Source: Nostoc sp. DedSLP01 (GTDB lineage: Bacteria; Cyanobacteriota; Cyanobacteriia; Cyanobacteriales; Nostocaceae). Taken from it: 64,000 bases of DNA. This document shows, piece by piece, positions 40,196-50,756 of the stretch (positions are counted from its first letter, which is position 1; every line of letters begins with the position of its first letter). The stretch lies in the NCBI GenBank assembly GCA_034530875.2, contig JAVRCJ020000001.1:349520-413519 (forward strand), in the 5' to 3' direction. A program made the translations under genes and the position numbers. The notes under the pieces were generated by a model. The model ran no database searches. It saw only the letters and a list, made by a program, of their open reading frames with translations, and was not told where the DNA came from.

Positions 40196-41155
40196 ATGAC
40201 CATCAAAACAGTAGGAATGATTAGCAGCTACCGAGGTTTAGAAACTAGAGCCGATTGGCTTTGGCAACAAACCCCGCATCACTTTGGAACTTGGGGCAAT
40301 ATCCAAATGCAAGCACTAGCAGAAAAACCCGATTTTCTGCTAATGTATCAATTTGATTTTCCCAAACCAGCACCGCAACAATCTTGGTTAGAACGCTTAC
40401 GCAAACACCAGCAACAATCACCCGTCGATATTAATTCTCTACTCCGCGGCGTCAACAAAGAACGGATTATTTATTTACTTAGAGAACCACCATTAGATGA
40501 AATTGTAGAAATAACTAAAGACAATTATCAAGAAGCCGAGAAATATTGTGGCTACATTTCTGGGCCTGATGATTTTGCCCCTACTCCCGATTATATGCCC
40601 GCTATTTGGTATCACTCAAATACGTTTCAAGATTTAAATGAAATGCCACCTCCGCAAAAAGTTGCTCCTTGTAGCTGGATTACTTCAGGAATTAACCGCA
40701 CAGCCAACCATCGCCAACGTTTAAACTTTTTAGAATCACTACAATCTAGCGGTATTAAATTTGATTTGTACGGGCGTAACTTACCAAAATCAGCAAAAAA
40801 ATCAGGAGAATTAGGTAATAAATGGTATGGCATGGCATCATACTATTACAATTTGGCAATTGAAAACTATGCTGATAATAATTGGTATGTCAGTGAAAAA
40901 CTTTGGGATAGTTTACTTGCTTGGTGTCTGCCAATTTATTATGGTGGCCCAGCTGCCGATAAATTATTGCCACCAGGTAGTTTTTTAAGATTGCCTAGTT
41001 TAGATGAAAAAGGCATTGCTTATATCAAAGAAGTCACAGCAACACCTGATGCTTGGTATCAGGCTAAAGATGCGATCGCCGAAGCGCGCCAAATCATCTT
41101 ACACAAATTAAATCTGCTTAACTGGTTGTCAGAATTTGTTATTCAACACTCATAA
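40196..41155 (+). CDS. Glycosyltransferase family 10 (fucosyltransferase-like)
   Basis: YYYNLAIEN....YVSEKLWD.LLAWCLPIYYG. Confidence 0.85.
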   Translation: MTIKTVGMISSYRGLETRADWLWQQTPHHFGTWGNIQMQALAEKPDFLLMYQFDFPKPAPQQSWLERLRKHQQQSPVDINSLLRGVNKERIIYLLREPPLDEIVEITKDNYQEAEKYCGYISGPDDFAPTPDYMPAIWYHSNTFQDLNEMPPPQKVAPCSWITSGINRTANHRQRLNFLESLQSSGIKFDLYGRNLPKSAKKSGELGNKWYGMASYYYNLAIENYADNNWYVSEKLWDSLLAWCLPIYYGGPAADKLLPPGSFLRLPSLDEKGIAYIKEVTATPDAWYQAKDAIAEARQIILHKLNLLNWLSEFVIQHS

Positions 41156-41158
41156 ATT

Positions 41159-42139
41159 ATGAATGGTATTTGTACCCTAGCCAATGATTATGTTTTCGAC
41201 CAACTGGTAGCTTTACTCAACAGTATTGATGTAATTTTGGGTCAAGAAACTCCAGTTTGTATCTATCCTTTTGACGATAGAACAGAGCGAATTGCTGAGG
41301 AAATAGCAAAGCGTCCTAATGTATTTATTTACGATAATCAAGAATCAATAGACCGCTGGGATCGATTTATGTTCTCAGCAGCACCAGAACGATTGGATCG
41401 CAGTAAATTCCGTCTTTATGGCGCTCATCGTCGTTTTTGTGCCTTTGATGGTCCCTTTGATAAATTTATTTATTTAGATGCAGACACCTTAGTGATGAAT
41501 TCACTAGATTCGGTGTTTGAAAAGCTAGATACTCATGATTTCGTGGTCTATGATTTCCAATTCAAAGACGTTAGCAAAATCTACAATGTTAAGTCTCCAA
41601 AATTACTAGAAGTTTTTGAACAAAAACGTATTGACTCAGAAATATTTTGTTCTGGCTTTTATGGTTCCAAACGCGGAATATTTGATGCAGATAAAAGAAA
41701 TTGGCTGCTATCCAATTTACAAAATGGTGAAGCAGAAATTTTGTATGAAGGTGCTGGGGAACAACCACTGATAAATTACATGGTAATGAGGTCTAATCTT
41801 TCTTTTTATAACTTTGCTCGCGAATTACCAGATAATCTGAAGACAGGATGTTCTGCCACATCAAAACACTTTGAAGAACGCGAAAATATTTTATATGACA
41901 AAGGCAACCGCTTAACTTATATTCATTATATTGGTATTCCGCCTCATCTTACTCAAGCTGTCTGTGCTGGAGAAAATATTGATTTCGCTTATCGAGATTT
42001 ATTTCTCCATTATCGTTACTTACACGAGCCAGAAAAGCGCCCTGTATTTACAACTCCTCCAAGAACTTATAATGACGATATCGCACCGAATTTACTTACA
42101 AGAGCTTTGCGAAAACTGAAATTAATTAGTCAAGGATAA
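41159..42139 (+). CDS. Putative GT-A sugar transferase (Npun_R2821/R2822-like), paralog 1
   Basis: GICTLANDYVFDQLVALLNSI, FIYLDAD, YIHY. Confidence 0.75.
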   Translation: MNGICTLANDYVFDQLVALLNSIDVILGQETPVCIYPFDDRTERIAEEIAKRPNVFIYDNQESIDRWDRFMFSAAPERLDRSKFRLYGAHRRFCAFDGPFDKFIYLDADTLVMNSLDSVFEKLDTHDFVVYDFQFKDVSKIYNVKSPKLLEVFEQKRIDSEIFCSGFYGSKRGIFDADKRNWLLSNLQNGEAEILYEGAGEQPLINYMVMRSNLSFYNFARELPDNLKTGCSATSKHFEERENILYDKGNRLTYIHYIGIPPHLTQAVCAGENIDFAYRDLFLHYRYLHEPEKRPVFTTPPRTYNDDIAPNLLTRALRKLKLISQG

Positions 42140-42142
42140 TTT

Positions 42143-43033
42143 ATGAGCCGTGGAATTTATATTGTTGCCAATGACCGGGTTATCGATAATGCGATCGCTT
42201 TACTCAATAGCATCCGTTACTACGACCCAGAAGTAACAATTTATCTCATACCTTTTAATGAAAATTATCAAAAAGTAGCAGAGCAACTTGGTACTTTACA
42301 CAACGTCAAAATTTTCCCAGATTTAGAATTTATCGATAAATTTACCCAACGCATCGGCGAAATTTTTGACCGCGATTTCCTCGCCTTACCAAACAAAATG
42401 CGTAAACTCGTGGCCTGGTTTGGCCCTTTAGATGAGTTTATTTATATTGATACCGATATTGTCGTCTTTGAAAAAATTGCTGACAATTTAGACAAACTTG
42501 CAGAAGTCGATTTCTTCTGTTGCGATTACCATCACGCCAATGACAAGCTGCGAAATATTTTTTCTCCATTGGTGAAAGAACAGCAAATTTTTTCAGATAC
42601 CCAACTTGAAGATGTTTTCAATAGCGGTTTTTGGGCTTCTAAAAAAGGAACAATTACCGAACAACAAATGGATGAAACTTTGTGCGAATGTGCAGCACAT
42701 CGCGAATATTTTGATTTTTCCGAAGGAGTCACAGACCAACCAATTTTAAATTATTTAGTTCTCAAACTGATTGCTAAACGTGGTAATCTCGTCAAAATTC
42801 CTGGGGGAGGGCCTGGTAGTTGGGCGGGTTCGCGAAATTTCCAACAACAAGGTTACGCGCTCTATGACCGAGGACAACGATTAAAATACCTCCATTGGGC
42901 TGGTACGCGTATTAAAGCTGGTAGCCCCTATTGGGAATTGTGGGAACACTATCGCTATCTTCACGAAGGTAAATTTGCCTTTATTCCAAAGTTAACTCGT
43001 CGTTTATTTCCCTTTGTCGTTACTCGCACTTAA
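42143..43033 (+). CDS. Putative GT-A sugar transferase (Npun_R2821/R2822-like), paralog 2
   Basis: GIYIVAND..IALLNSI, FIYIDTD, FNSGF, DQPILN, YLHW. Confidence 0.75.
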   Translation: MSRGIYIVANDRVIDNAIALLNSIRYYDPEVTIYLIPFNENYQKVAEQLGTLHNVKIFPDLEFIDKFTQRIGEIFDRDFLALPNKMRKLVAWFGPLDEFIYIDTDIVVFEKIADNLDKLAEVDFFCCDYHHANDKLRNIFSPLVKEQQIFSDTQLEDVFNSGFWASKKGTITEQQMDETLCECAAHREYFDFSEGVTDQPILNYLVLKLIAKRGNLVKIPGGGPGSWAGSRNFQQQGYALYDRGQRLKYLHWAGTRIKAGSPYWELWEHYRYLHEGKFAFIPKLTRRLFPFVVTRT

Positions 43034-43049
43034 TATCAGGAGTACCCCA

Positions 43050-44078
43050 ATGATTGATGGTATTTATACTCTAGCGAATGATGTAGTATACGACCAACTA
43101 ATAGCTTTACTCAACAGCATAGAAGCTAATGCAGGGAGACAAATTCCTGTTTGTGTCATTCCATATAACGAGCGAATAGACAAAATAAAGGCAGAGATAG
43201 CAACTAGAGATAATGTCACTTTATTTAAAGATTATGCTTCAATAGCTCGCTGGGAAGAATTTGGTGCTCGTATCTGGAAAGCTCATCCCAGAGCATTAAA
43301 ACTTTGGAGAGAATATGGCTTAGCGGAGAATTTTCGTATAGAAAGACATAGAAAACTTTGTTGTTTAGATGGGCCATTTGACAAGTTTATCTTCTTTGAT
43401 GGAGATACTTTGCTGATGAAACCGCTAGATGATGTTTATGAGAAATTAGATAAATATGATTGGGTTACGAATGACTTTCAATATAAATCAGATTTAAAGT
43501 ATATTTTTGATTGGCCAGAAGATAAACTCCAAGAAATTTTTCATCAAGAAAATATTAGCGATCGCATTTTTTGTTCTGGTTGGTTTGCTTCTAAAAAGAA
43601 GATTTTTGACGATGCTACTTTAGCACATCTCTTACAAAGTTTAGAAGCGGGTGAAGCTGATGCTCTGGCGTGGGCAGATTCCGACCAAACAGTTCTTAAT
43701 TATTTAGTTTTAAAAAGTGGAATTTCTTACTACAACTATGCCAATTATGAAGGCGCTACGGGTTGCCATTGGGCTTCTAAATTTAATGTTGTAGATAATA
43801 TTCTTTACAGCCAGGAAACACCCATAACATATCTTCACTATATGAGTGTATCTTCGTCAGATTTTACGCGGCTTTGTGCAGGTGAAGATGTTGAAATTCC
43901 TTACCGCGATGTTTTCTTACACTATCGCTATTTAAAATCCCGCGAAAAACGCCCTGAAACCTTTACACGTCCCAGCCAGTTAACACTTTTACAAAAATCT
44001 ACCACCAGTTTTATTCAGCAAAAAATCAACAATTTTAAGCTAAACTACCGCAATTTTAAAGATAGGATTACTAGGTAA
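43050..44078 (+). CDS. Putative GT-A sugar transferase (Npun_R2821/R2822-like), paralog 3
   Basis: GIYTLANDVVYDQLIALLNSI, FIFFDGD, DQTVLNY, YLHY. Confidence 0.75.
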   Translation: MIDGIYTLANDVVYDQLIALLNSIEANAGRQIPVCVIPYNERIDKIKAEIATRDNVTLFKDYASIARWEEFGARIWKAHPRALKLWREYGLAENFRIERHRKLCCLDGPFDKFIFFDGDTLLMKPLDDVYEKLDKYDWVTNDFQYKSDLKYIFDWPEDKLQEIFHQENISDRIFCSGWFASKKKIFDDATLAHLLQSLEAGEADALAWADSDQTVLNYLVLKSGISYYNYANYEGATGCHWASKFNVVDNILYSQETPITYLHYMSVSSSDFTRLCAGEDVEIPYRDVFLHYRYLKSREKRPETFTRPSQLTLLQKSTTSFIQQKINNFKLNYRNFKDRITR

Positions 44079-44153
44079 AAGTAACGGGAATTGGGAGTTA
44101 GAAGTTATGAATTCTCTCTTTCATTTCCTTATGGATTTGTAAAGAATAATTTG

Positions 44154-44846
44154 CTAAATAGATAATTTTTCTACAAAAGCTTTATGCTGTGATGTAGATA
44201 ATCCCTGCTGCAAAAGTGCTAATACTTTACCTAAATCTCGCGATAATAATGCTGATTTTGCTAACCATAAACCTGGAAAAATTTGGGAGCAAACTATATC
44301 ATCTTTATTCGGTTCAAGTTGGATATACTGCCCTTCTTGTAACTTAAACCAATCAAATTGACAGTCGTAAACTCGCCATACTAAATATTCTTGGACTCCA
44401 TTGCGGCGATAAACTTTTAGTTTTTCATGTAAATCATAAGAAGCACTAGAAGCAGCAATTTCTACTATTAATTCTGGCGCTCCTTCGACATAATCATCTT
44501 TACTAATTGTCGATCGCCCTCCTTGTTGTATTCTTAATATTGCATCTGGTTGCGGTTCATTATCAGCATCTAACCGCACAGTTGTGTTATCGAGCGTTTC
44601 TACTCCTGGTGTAGCGGCTTCGTAAGTGCCTAACCAAGTCATAATGCTTGCATGGGGTTTGCCGTGTTTGTTCGCTCGTACAGGAGATGCCACATAAACA
44701 ATTCCTTCAATCAATTCCGCCTTTTTGACAGTAGACATTGCTTCATAGCGTCGCTCAAATTCAGAACGAGTCAGCTTGTCACCATTTTCTAAAGGCGGAA
44801 TTGTCAATGCTTCAGAAGTTGTGTCAGCAAATATCATAGTTTCCAC
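44154..44846 (-). CDS. Uma2 family protein
   Basis: KAELIEGIV, EPQPD, PELIVEIAASS, NGVQEYLVW. Confidence 0.92.
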   Translation of the reverse strand: METMIFADTTSEALTIPPLENGDKLTRSEFERRYEAMSTVKKAELIEGIVYVASPVRANKHGKPHASIMTWLGTYEAATPGVETLDNTTVRLDADNEPQPDAILRIQQGGRSTISKDDYVEGAPELIVEIAASSASYDLHEKLKVYRRNGVQEYLVWRVYDCQFDWFKLQEGQYIQLEPNKDDIVCSQIFPGLWLAKSALLSRDLGKVLALLQQGLSTSQHKAFVEKLSI

Positions 44847-44910
44847 GATGAAGGCGACTTACTGACATGATAATACAAATGAATTTGTATTTAAGGCTTC
44901 TAAATCATGC

Positions 44911-45279
44911 TTAGGTATCTAAATCTAGAGATTGCATTCCTTTAGTTTGGATAAAGGTGAGCATACTTCCTAACTGCAACCACACTAACAAACAAGTTAG
45001 CAAACTAAGTGGTAAACCAACTCCTAAAGCTAGCAAGGTAGGAAAACCAAATATTTCTAAGCCCGAAGACATAAATAAACAAACACCAGCAGTTATACCG
45101 AGAAATGGTACGAATAATTGTCTCAATGAAGAACGCGGTTTACCATTTTCTGTAGATTCGCTCGACCATTTTTCTACAATTACTTTTAACGTCCCAGATA
45201 ATGCGATACCAGATGTTAAGGCTGCGAGAAAGCCAACAAGTAACAGAAAATAAGGTGGTTGCAAGGGGAAATAGTACAT
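44911..45279 (-). CDS. Conserved small membrane protein
   Basis: Three hydrophobic segments; GGAG upstream of the ATG. Confidence 0.75.
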   Translation of the reverse strand: MYYFPLQPPYFLLLVGFLAALTSGIALSGTLKVIVEKWSSESTENGKPRSSLRQLFVPFLGITAGVCLFMSSGLEIFGFPTLLALGVGLPLSLLTCLLVWLQLGSMLTFIQTKGMQSLDLDT

Positions 45280-45501
45280 GGAAACTCCTGGTTGATATTA
45301 AAAATTTTTTAATTTTTACTTACTAACCCAAATAATTACTAATTCGTAATTCGTAATTCGTAATTAATGGTAGAAGTTTTTCCATTTCTTGATGGAGATA
45401 AAAAATATAATTCCTAATTCCTACAGCCTCGACTTTAGTCATAGGGTAACAATTACGAATTACTTTAGCGTAGCGGGGCGTAGCCCATTATCAATTGCCA
45501 A

Positions 45502-47217
45502 TTATTTTGACTGGTTTCCAACAAAAGACCCAAGGAATGTAGCTTTTGGTAAAATCGCAGCTGCGCCTTCTCTGGATAGTTCTGTTAAAATGCCGATCGC
45601 TACATTTAATATACGATTCGGTTTTAAGTCGTCTTTAACCAGGTTCCACAAGCGTTGGACTTCTTCGGTGTGCAGGCGGTCATCTTCTGTGAGAGCAAGC
45701 ACCAACTGTCGCCGGAGAAATTTGCCTTCTTCGGAAATTAAATATTGGAATCCCATCTGGGCTGTCGGTACGACATCAAAGTTGCCATCGGTACGAGCGA
45801 TCGCAATTAAATTTTCTAACCGCTGCCACTGGAATTTACCATCTTTAAATAACACGTTCAATAGCCGTCGCCGCAATTCGGGCGATTCTCCTGTCAGCAA
45901 CCGCCGTGCTATGTATGGATAACCCACCTCGACGATTTTAAAATTCGGGTTGAGGCTCAGGGCAATACCTTCTTGAGTCACCAGAGAACGAATAATCAAA
46001 GCAAACTTCGCTGGAACTCGGAAAGGATATTCATACATCAATTCCGAGAATTGATCGGTGATGGTTTTGAAGTTAAAATCTCCGACATTTTTACCGATAG
46101 CATTTCCTAATACTGCTTCTAGAGCAGGTACAATCGGGCAAATATTCGTGTCTGGCGTCAAAAATCCTAATTTTACAAAGTCTTCGGCTAAGTCGGTGTA
46201 ATCTTTGTTTACCAAATGCACTAGCGCATCTACTAGGGTTTCTTTGGTAGTTTGTTCCAACTGATCCATCATGCCAAAGTCTATGTAAGCCATGCGACCG
46301 TCGGGCATAGCAAACAAATTACCAGGATGGGGGTCTGCATGGAAGAAGCCGTGTTCTAATAACTGTTGCAAACCTGAGGTAACGCCAATTTGGATGATGG
46401 CTTCTGGGTCTAAACCTGCTTCCCGGATGCGTTGGGTGTCAGTTAGCTTGAAGCCGTTAATCCATTCCAGAGTTAAAACGCGATCGTTTGTATAACACCA
46501 GTAAATGCTGGGAACTTTTACCTGCGGGTCGTTATGGAAATTGCTAGCAAATTTTTCGGCGTTGCGACCTTCATTAATATAGTCAATTTCTTCAAATAAC
46601 TTGGTGCCAAACTCGTCCACAATTAAAGTCAGGTCGTGACCGAGATTCAGCGGTAACCAAGGTGCTAGCCAACCCGCCGCCCAGCGCATCAAATATAAGT
46701 CGCGTGTCAGAACCGGGCGTAAGTTGGGGCGTTGTACCTTAACTGCGACTTCTTCGCCAGTCAGCAAACGACCCCGGTATACTTGACCCAAACTAGCAGC
46801 AGCTACCGGTGTCGGTGAGAGTTCGCTAAAACATTCCTCAATGGCGCGGTCTAGTTCGGTTTCGATAATTTGATAAGCGATCGCATTATCGAATGGCGGT
46901 AACTGGTCTTGCAACTTCACCAGTTCTTCCAAAAAATCTTTACGTATCAGGTCAGGTCTAGTGGAGAGGGCTTGACCGACTTTAATAAAAGTAGGCCCTA
47001 GAGCTGTGAGCAGTTTCCGCAGCTGGATAGCTCGTTTTACCTTATTCTGCTCAACTTTATCTTGCCATTCATCGAACTTTATACTAAGTACAAATCCTGC
47101 AAAAGACCAGAGAATTCTCAGCAATCTGCCCCAGGCTAGCCAGGGACGGTAACGGTAGTAGCGAGCGATCGCTTCTGGATTGTAGCGTTTTAGCTGAGCA
47201 GGTTGATACTGACCCAC
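45502..47217 (-). CDS. ABC1/UbiB/AarF atypical kinase
   Basis: LGPTFIKVGQ, AAASLGQVY, VAVKVQRP, HADPHPGN, DFGM. Confidence 0.96.
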   Translation of the reverse strand: MGQYQPAQLKRYNPEAIARYYRYRPWLAWGRLLRILWSFAGFVLSIKFDEWQDKVEQNKVKRAIQLRKLLTALGPTFIKVGQALSTRPDLIRKDFLEELVKLQDQLPPFDNAIAYQIIETELDRAIEECFSELSPTPVAAASLGQVYRGRLLTGEEVAVKVQRPNLRPVLTRDLYLMRWAAGWLAPWLPLNLGHDLTLIVDEFGTKLFEEIDYINEGRNAEKFASNFHNDPQVKVPSIYWCYTNDRVLTLEWINGFKLTDTQRIREAGLDPEAIIQIGVTSGLQQLLEHGFFHADPHPGNLFAMPDGRMAYIDFGMMDQLEQTTKETLVDALVHLVNKDYTDLAEDFVKLGFLTPDTNICPIVPALEAVLGNAIGKNVGDFNFKTITDQFSELMYEYPFRVPAKFALIIRSLVTQEGIALSLNPNFKIVEVGYPYIARRLLTGESPELRRRLLNVLFKDGKFQWQRLENLIAIARTDGNFDVVPTAQMGFQYLISEEGKFLRRQLVLALTEDDRLHTEEVQRLWNLVKDDLKPNRILNVAIGILTELSREGAAAILPKATFLGSFVGNQSK

Positions 47218-47569
47218 GCCTTTATTTGCCTCTTCAACTCGGAAATTTACACTTTTTTGCTTTCTCTCCTGAACCGCAAGTTATTTGCACGTACAGGATA
47301 GCGGTAGTCTTCGATCTAAAACAATTAGAACTCTATCCTTTTCGGATATTGTTCGAGGCAAATTTTGCCTATGTTAGTGCTTTAGATTTGTTTACTTTTT
47401 CTTAATTATACTTTATAAAACTACAACTAATTCTCCACCTCTGAGATGATTTTATATTTTCTTAACTATTTTTTAGAAAAATATAAATATCTATCTATAG
47501 ATGTAAATTGAACAACGATCCCAGGACTGAGTAACTATATTTACTAATAGCTACTTAAGGCAACAGTAC

Positions 47570-47663
47570 TATAGCGATTCTCGTTTAGATGCAACACGCT
47601 GTAGGGGCGCATAACTGTGCGCCCCTACGAATCGCTGTATTTTACCCAATTGATAACTGCTAT
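47570..47663. mobile_element. Short MITE-like element with an internal REP-like palindrome
   Basis: Ends TATAGCGATTCTC and GATAACTGCTATA; internal GTAGGGGCGCA-taactg-TGCGCCCCTAC. Confidence 0.55.
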
Positions 47664-47943
47664 ATTACAGTCTAGGGTTTCATCAATTGAAAATTCACAC
47701 AGCCTGGGCTACGCTTTTAGCTTTACTTGAATACTTCTACCATGATGATGTTGTAAAATACCAATCTAGAGTTGAGTTGATAAAACAGTTGCACAAATTA
47801 CTATGGTAGTTACAATTACAACGCATTTTGAAGTTATTCCTAACAACAGTAAAAATTAGCTATTCGGTAATTAATAATTTTGTCAAAATCATTGGTAATT
47901 ACCAAATAGCTATTGCTAATTAAAGCTTTTTTATTATTTAGTG

Positions 47944-50562
47944 CTACTTAGATTTAGCCTCTAAACTTTCTAAACGACTTCTTAATTCCTGATTTTGTTG
48001 TTTTAGTTGGTCAAATTCCTCACGCAATTGACGCAGTGTTTTTTCGGAACCAATATTATTTTGCACTTTGGAAATTTCTTCTTCAGCATATCGACGCACA
48101 CGGCCATCAGACGTTTGGTCGGCTAGCGATTGCAAAATTCCAATTGCTTTGGATGTTTCCATTTGTCCTAATGATGTAGCCACCGCCACTTGCGTTAAAA
48201 AGAAGGTTTCTTTGGCTAGTTCTGCTAATCTTTCTAAAATCCGTTCTAAATTGACTGGATTTTGACCGACAGAAATCTGTCCTAAAGCGCGAATTGCAGA
48301 TAAACGCAAAGGTTGTGGCAGGCCGAGTTTGGTGTATTCCATCAGTAGATTTAAAGCTGCTTCAGAGGTTTTGAATTCAGCTAAACCACCAACTGCACCA
48401 CTCCGCACAACTTCATTCCAACCCGCTTTGTCTTCTAAAACGGATTTCAGCAGCTTTAATACTTTGTCTTCCTTGGGTTTTTCTTGCAGATTCGCAGAAG
48501 CTATAGCCCCAATTGCCCGACAAGCTGCGGCTTCGACATAATAGCTAGGATCGCCTTTTTGTAACAGTTCTTTGACAGCCTTATAGCTTTCGTTGGTTTT
48601 GATTTGAGCAAGTGCTTCCACTACAGCACGTCGCACGTAAGCATCTTTATCTTTCAACCCCACAACCAAGCCATCAAATGCTTGGTCTAAATTAATTTGG
48701 CTTAGTAGCTTCGCAACTTGCACGCGCACGCCCCAAAATGAGTCATTTTTGAGTGCCGCAGACAGCGCTTTTGTTGCTTCTAAACCACCTTTTTTTGCTA
48801 AAGCTTCCGCTGCATAAATACGGGAAATTGGGTCGGAATCGAATTCTAGCTGTGCTTTTAACTCTGGTAGCTGATACTCCAAAGATACTGTTTTTAGATA
48901 ATGATTTCCAACATCAAAGCTGATATATTGGGGTTTACTTTCTAATGGGAAGTAGAAACTTTGTTCGCGTTCATTTACCCGCACCGTGAAAGTTTTGAGT
49001 TGTGAGTTAGGAGTTAGCAGTTTAGAATTATTTTTTACTTCTTGTTGCGTATAGCCAAAACCAATAGGAATTTTTAAATCAAACAAATCCTTGCTGCCAT
49101 TTTTACCTTCACTCGCTTGAGTTTGAGTAACTGTAATTTTTGCTAAATTCGCATCTCCATCCCAAGAGTAAGCGATATTATATTCGGGATGACCGCCACG
49201 ATAAACGTACTGATCGAAGAGGAATAAAAGATTACACCCGGTCGCTTTTTCAATTGCTCTGAGTAAGTCTACTGTTTCTACAGTTTTGTGGGCGTTATCG
49301 TGGATAAATGTTTGAATTGCTTGCCAAAACAAATCATCGCCTAATTGAGCGCGAATCATGTGATAGACACAAGATCCTTTTTCGTAGATGTGGCGATCGA
49401 AAAGTTCAATCGGTTCGCGGTAAACATTTGTCACCATCGGTCGGCGATAGCGACTGCGATCTTCACTCAGATAGCGACGAGCTTCTAATAAACGATAGTA
49501 AGCTGCTTCTTGAAGACTATATTCGTGTTCTGTCCACATCACCTCGGAGTAAGAAGCCATCCCTTCCTTAATCCAAGCATGAGACCAATGCTTAATCACC
49601 ACCAAATCGCCAAACCACTGATGCGCGAGTTCGTGGACGACCAAGCCCTCAGTGTTGCGGTTATCCAAAGCCGCCCGTTCATCCAGCAAGCATTTATCTG
49701 TTAACACCGTTGTGGAAGTGTTTTCCATACCGCCGAAGATGAAGTCATCGACGCAAACTTGAGCGTATTTCGGATAGGGGTATGCATAACCATACTTTTG
49801 GCTCAAAAATTCGATCATCCGGGGAGTTTTGCCCATACTACGTTTAGCATCTTGCTCCCGTCCCTTTTCTACGTAGTACGTAACTGGTTTTCCCTGCCAT
49901 TCATCGCGAATTTCCGCAAAATCACCGACTGCCAAAGTCATCAAATAATTAGGATGAACTTGTTGCTGCGACCAATGGTAAATTTTGTAGTCGCCATCTT
50001 CTGTGGTGTTAATCAGTTCGCCGTTGGAAATCGCCACCAGAGGATTAGGGACGCGAACGCGAATTTCTGAAGTCGAGAGTTGTCCTGGATAGTCAAAGCA
50101 AGGGAACCAAAAACGAGAGTCTTCGTCTTCTCCTTGAGTCCAGACTTGGGTGGGCTTGTTTGGGTAATGTTTGTCTGGTTGAATGAAGTAAATGCCGCGT
50201 TGTGGCTTAGTCACCGAGTAGGCGATCGCAATCAGCAAGCGTTTACCAATCTGAGTGCCTTGAGAAAGTTGGATCGAAAGCTGTTGGCCATCATAGTCAA
50301 AATTTTGTGACACCTCGTCTACCTGCACAGACTCGATATCCAGGTTGACAGCATCTAAAGTCAAACGGTCAATACCATTGCGAATTGGCAACAGGCGAAT
50401 GCTGCAAATGCCCTGGCAGCTTTGTCCAGGAATATCTAAGCTCAGATCGAGAAAAATATGCTCTACTTGCCCGGGGCGATCCGGGCTATAGTGCGGTCTT
50501 GCTCCTGGTAACTCAAAACGTTTGTGTCCATTATTATCTGTATCAAAATAAGACTGCGACAT
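47944..50562 (-). CDS. M1 family aminopeptidase with C-terminal HEAT repeats
   Basis: GGMEN, HELAHQWFG..E, YEKG; HEAT repeats and a terminal coiled coil. Confidence 0.95.
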   Translation of the reverse strand: MSQSYFDTDNNGHKRFELPGARPHYSPDRPGQVEHIFLDLSLDIPGQSCQGICSIRLLPIRNGIDRLTLDAVNLDIESVQVDEVSQNFDYDGQQLSIQLSQGTQIGKRLLIAIAYSVTKPQRGIYFIQPDKHYPNKPTQVWTQGEDEDSRFWFPCFDYPGQLSTSEIRVRVPNPLVAISNGELINTTEDGDYKIYHWSQQQVHPNYLMTLAVGDFAEIRDEWQGKPVTYYVEKGREQDAKRSMGKTPRMIEFLSQKYGYAYPYPKYAQVCVDDFIFGGMENTSTTVLTDKCLLDERAALDNRNTEGLVVHELAHQWFGDLVVIKHWSHAWIKEGMASYSEVMWTEHEYSLQEAAYYRLLEARRYLSEDRSRYRRPMVTNVYREPIELFDRHIYEKGSCVYHMIRAQLGDDLFWQAIQTFIHDNAHKTVETVDLLRAIEKATGCNLLFLFDQYVYRGGHPEYNIAYSWDGDANLAKITVTQTQASEGKNGSKDLFDLKIPIGFGYTQQEVKNNSKLLTPNSQLKTFTVRVNEREQSFYFPLESKPQYISFDVGNHYLKTVSLEYQLPELKAQLEFDSDPISRIYAAEALAKKGGLEATKALSAALKNDSFWGVRVQVAKLLSQINLDQAFDGLVVGLKDKDAYVRRAVVEALAQIKTNESYKAVKELLQKGDPSYYVEAAACRAIGAIASANLQEKPKEDKVLKLLKSVLEDKAGWNEVVRSGAVGGLAEFKTSEAALNLLMEYTKLGLPQPLRLSAIRALGQISVGQNPVNLERILERLAELAKETFFLTQVAVATSLGQMETSKAIGILQSLADQTSDGRVRRYAEEEISKVQNNIGSEKTLRQLREEFDQLKQQNQELRSRLESLEAKSK

Positions 50563-50675
50563 TGATGCTTACTGACCTTGTAATCCTGAAAAGTCTGGCT
50601 TGGCTGAATTTTGTTTAGCAAAATAGCGGTGTCTGACATTTTTTCCCGACAATAGGGCAATATCGGTGTGAAGGC

Positions 50676-50756
50676 TCACTTTCGGCATTGCAGGATTGAA
50701 ATTAATCTCACCCGAATTTCCGAAGGTTGCCTACCGATTCTTGGACTTTTGTCCAT
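50676..50756 (-). CDS. Putative 26-aa small ORF (MDKSPRIGRQPSEIRVRLISILQCRK)
   Basis: GGAGGGGAC directly before the ATG; below the ORF-track cutoff. Confidence 0.35.
   Translation of the reverse strand: MDKSPRIGRQPSEIRVRLISILQCRK

Noticed and set aside
45389..45922. 177-aa plus-strand ORF, and similar antisense ORFs throughout the window
   Set aside because: Shadow frames opposite well-supported genes
47806..47819. NtcA-like GTA-N8-TAC site
   Set aside because: No properly spaced -10 box, far from any start codon, and likely to occur by chance
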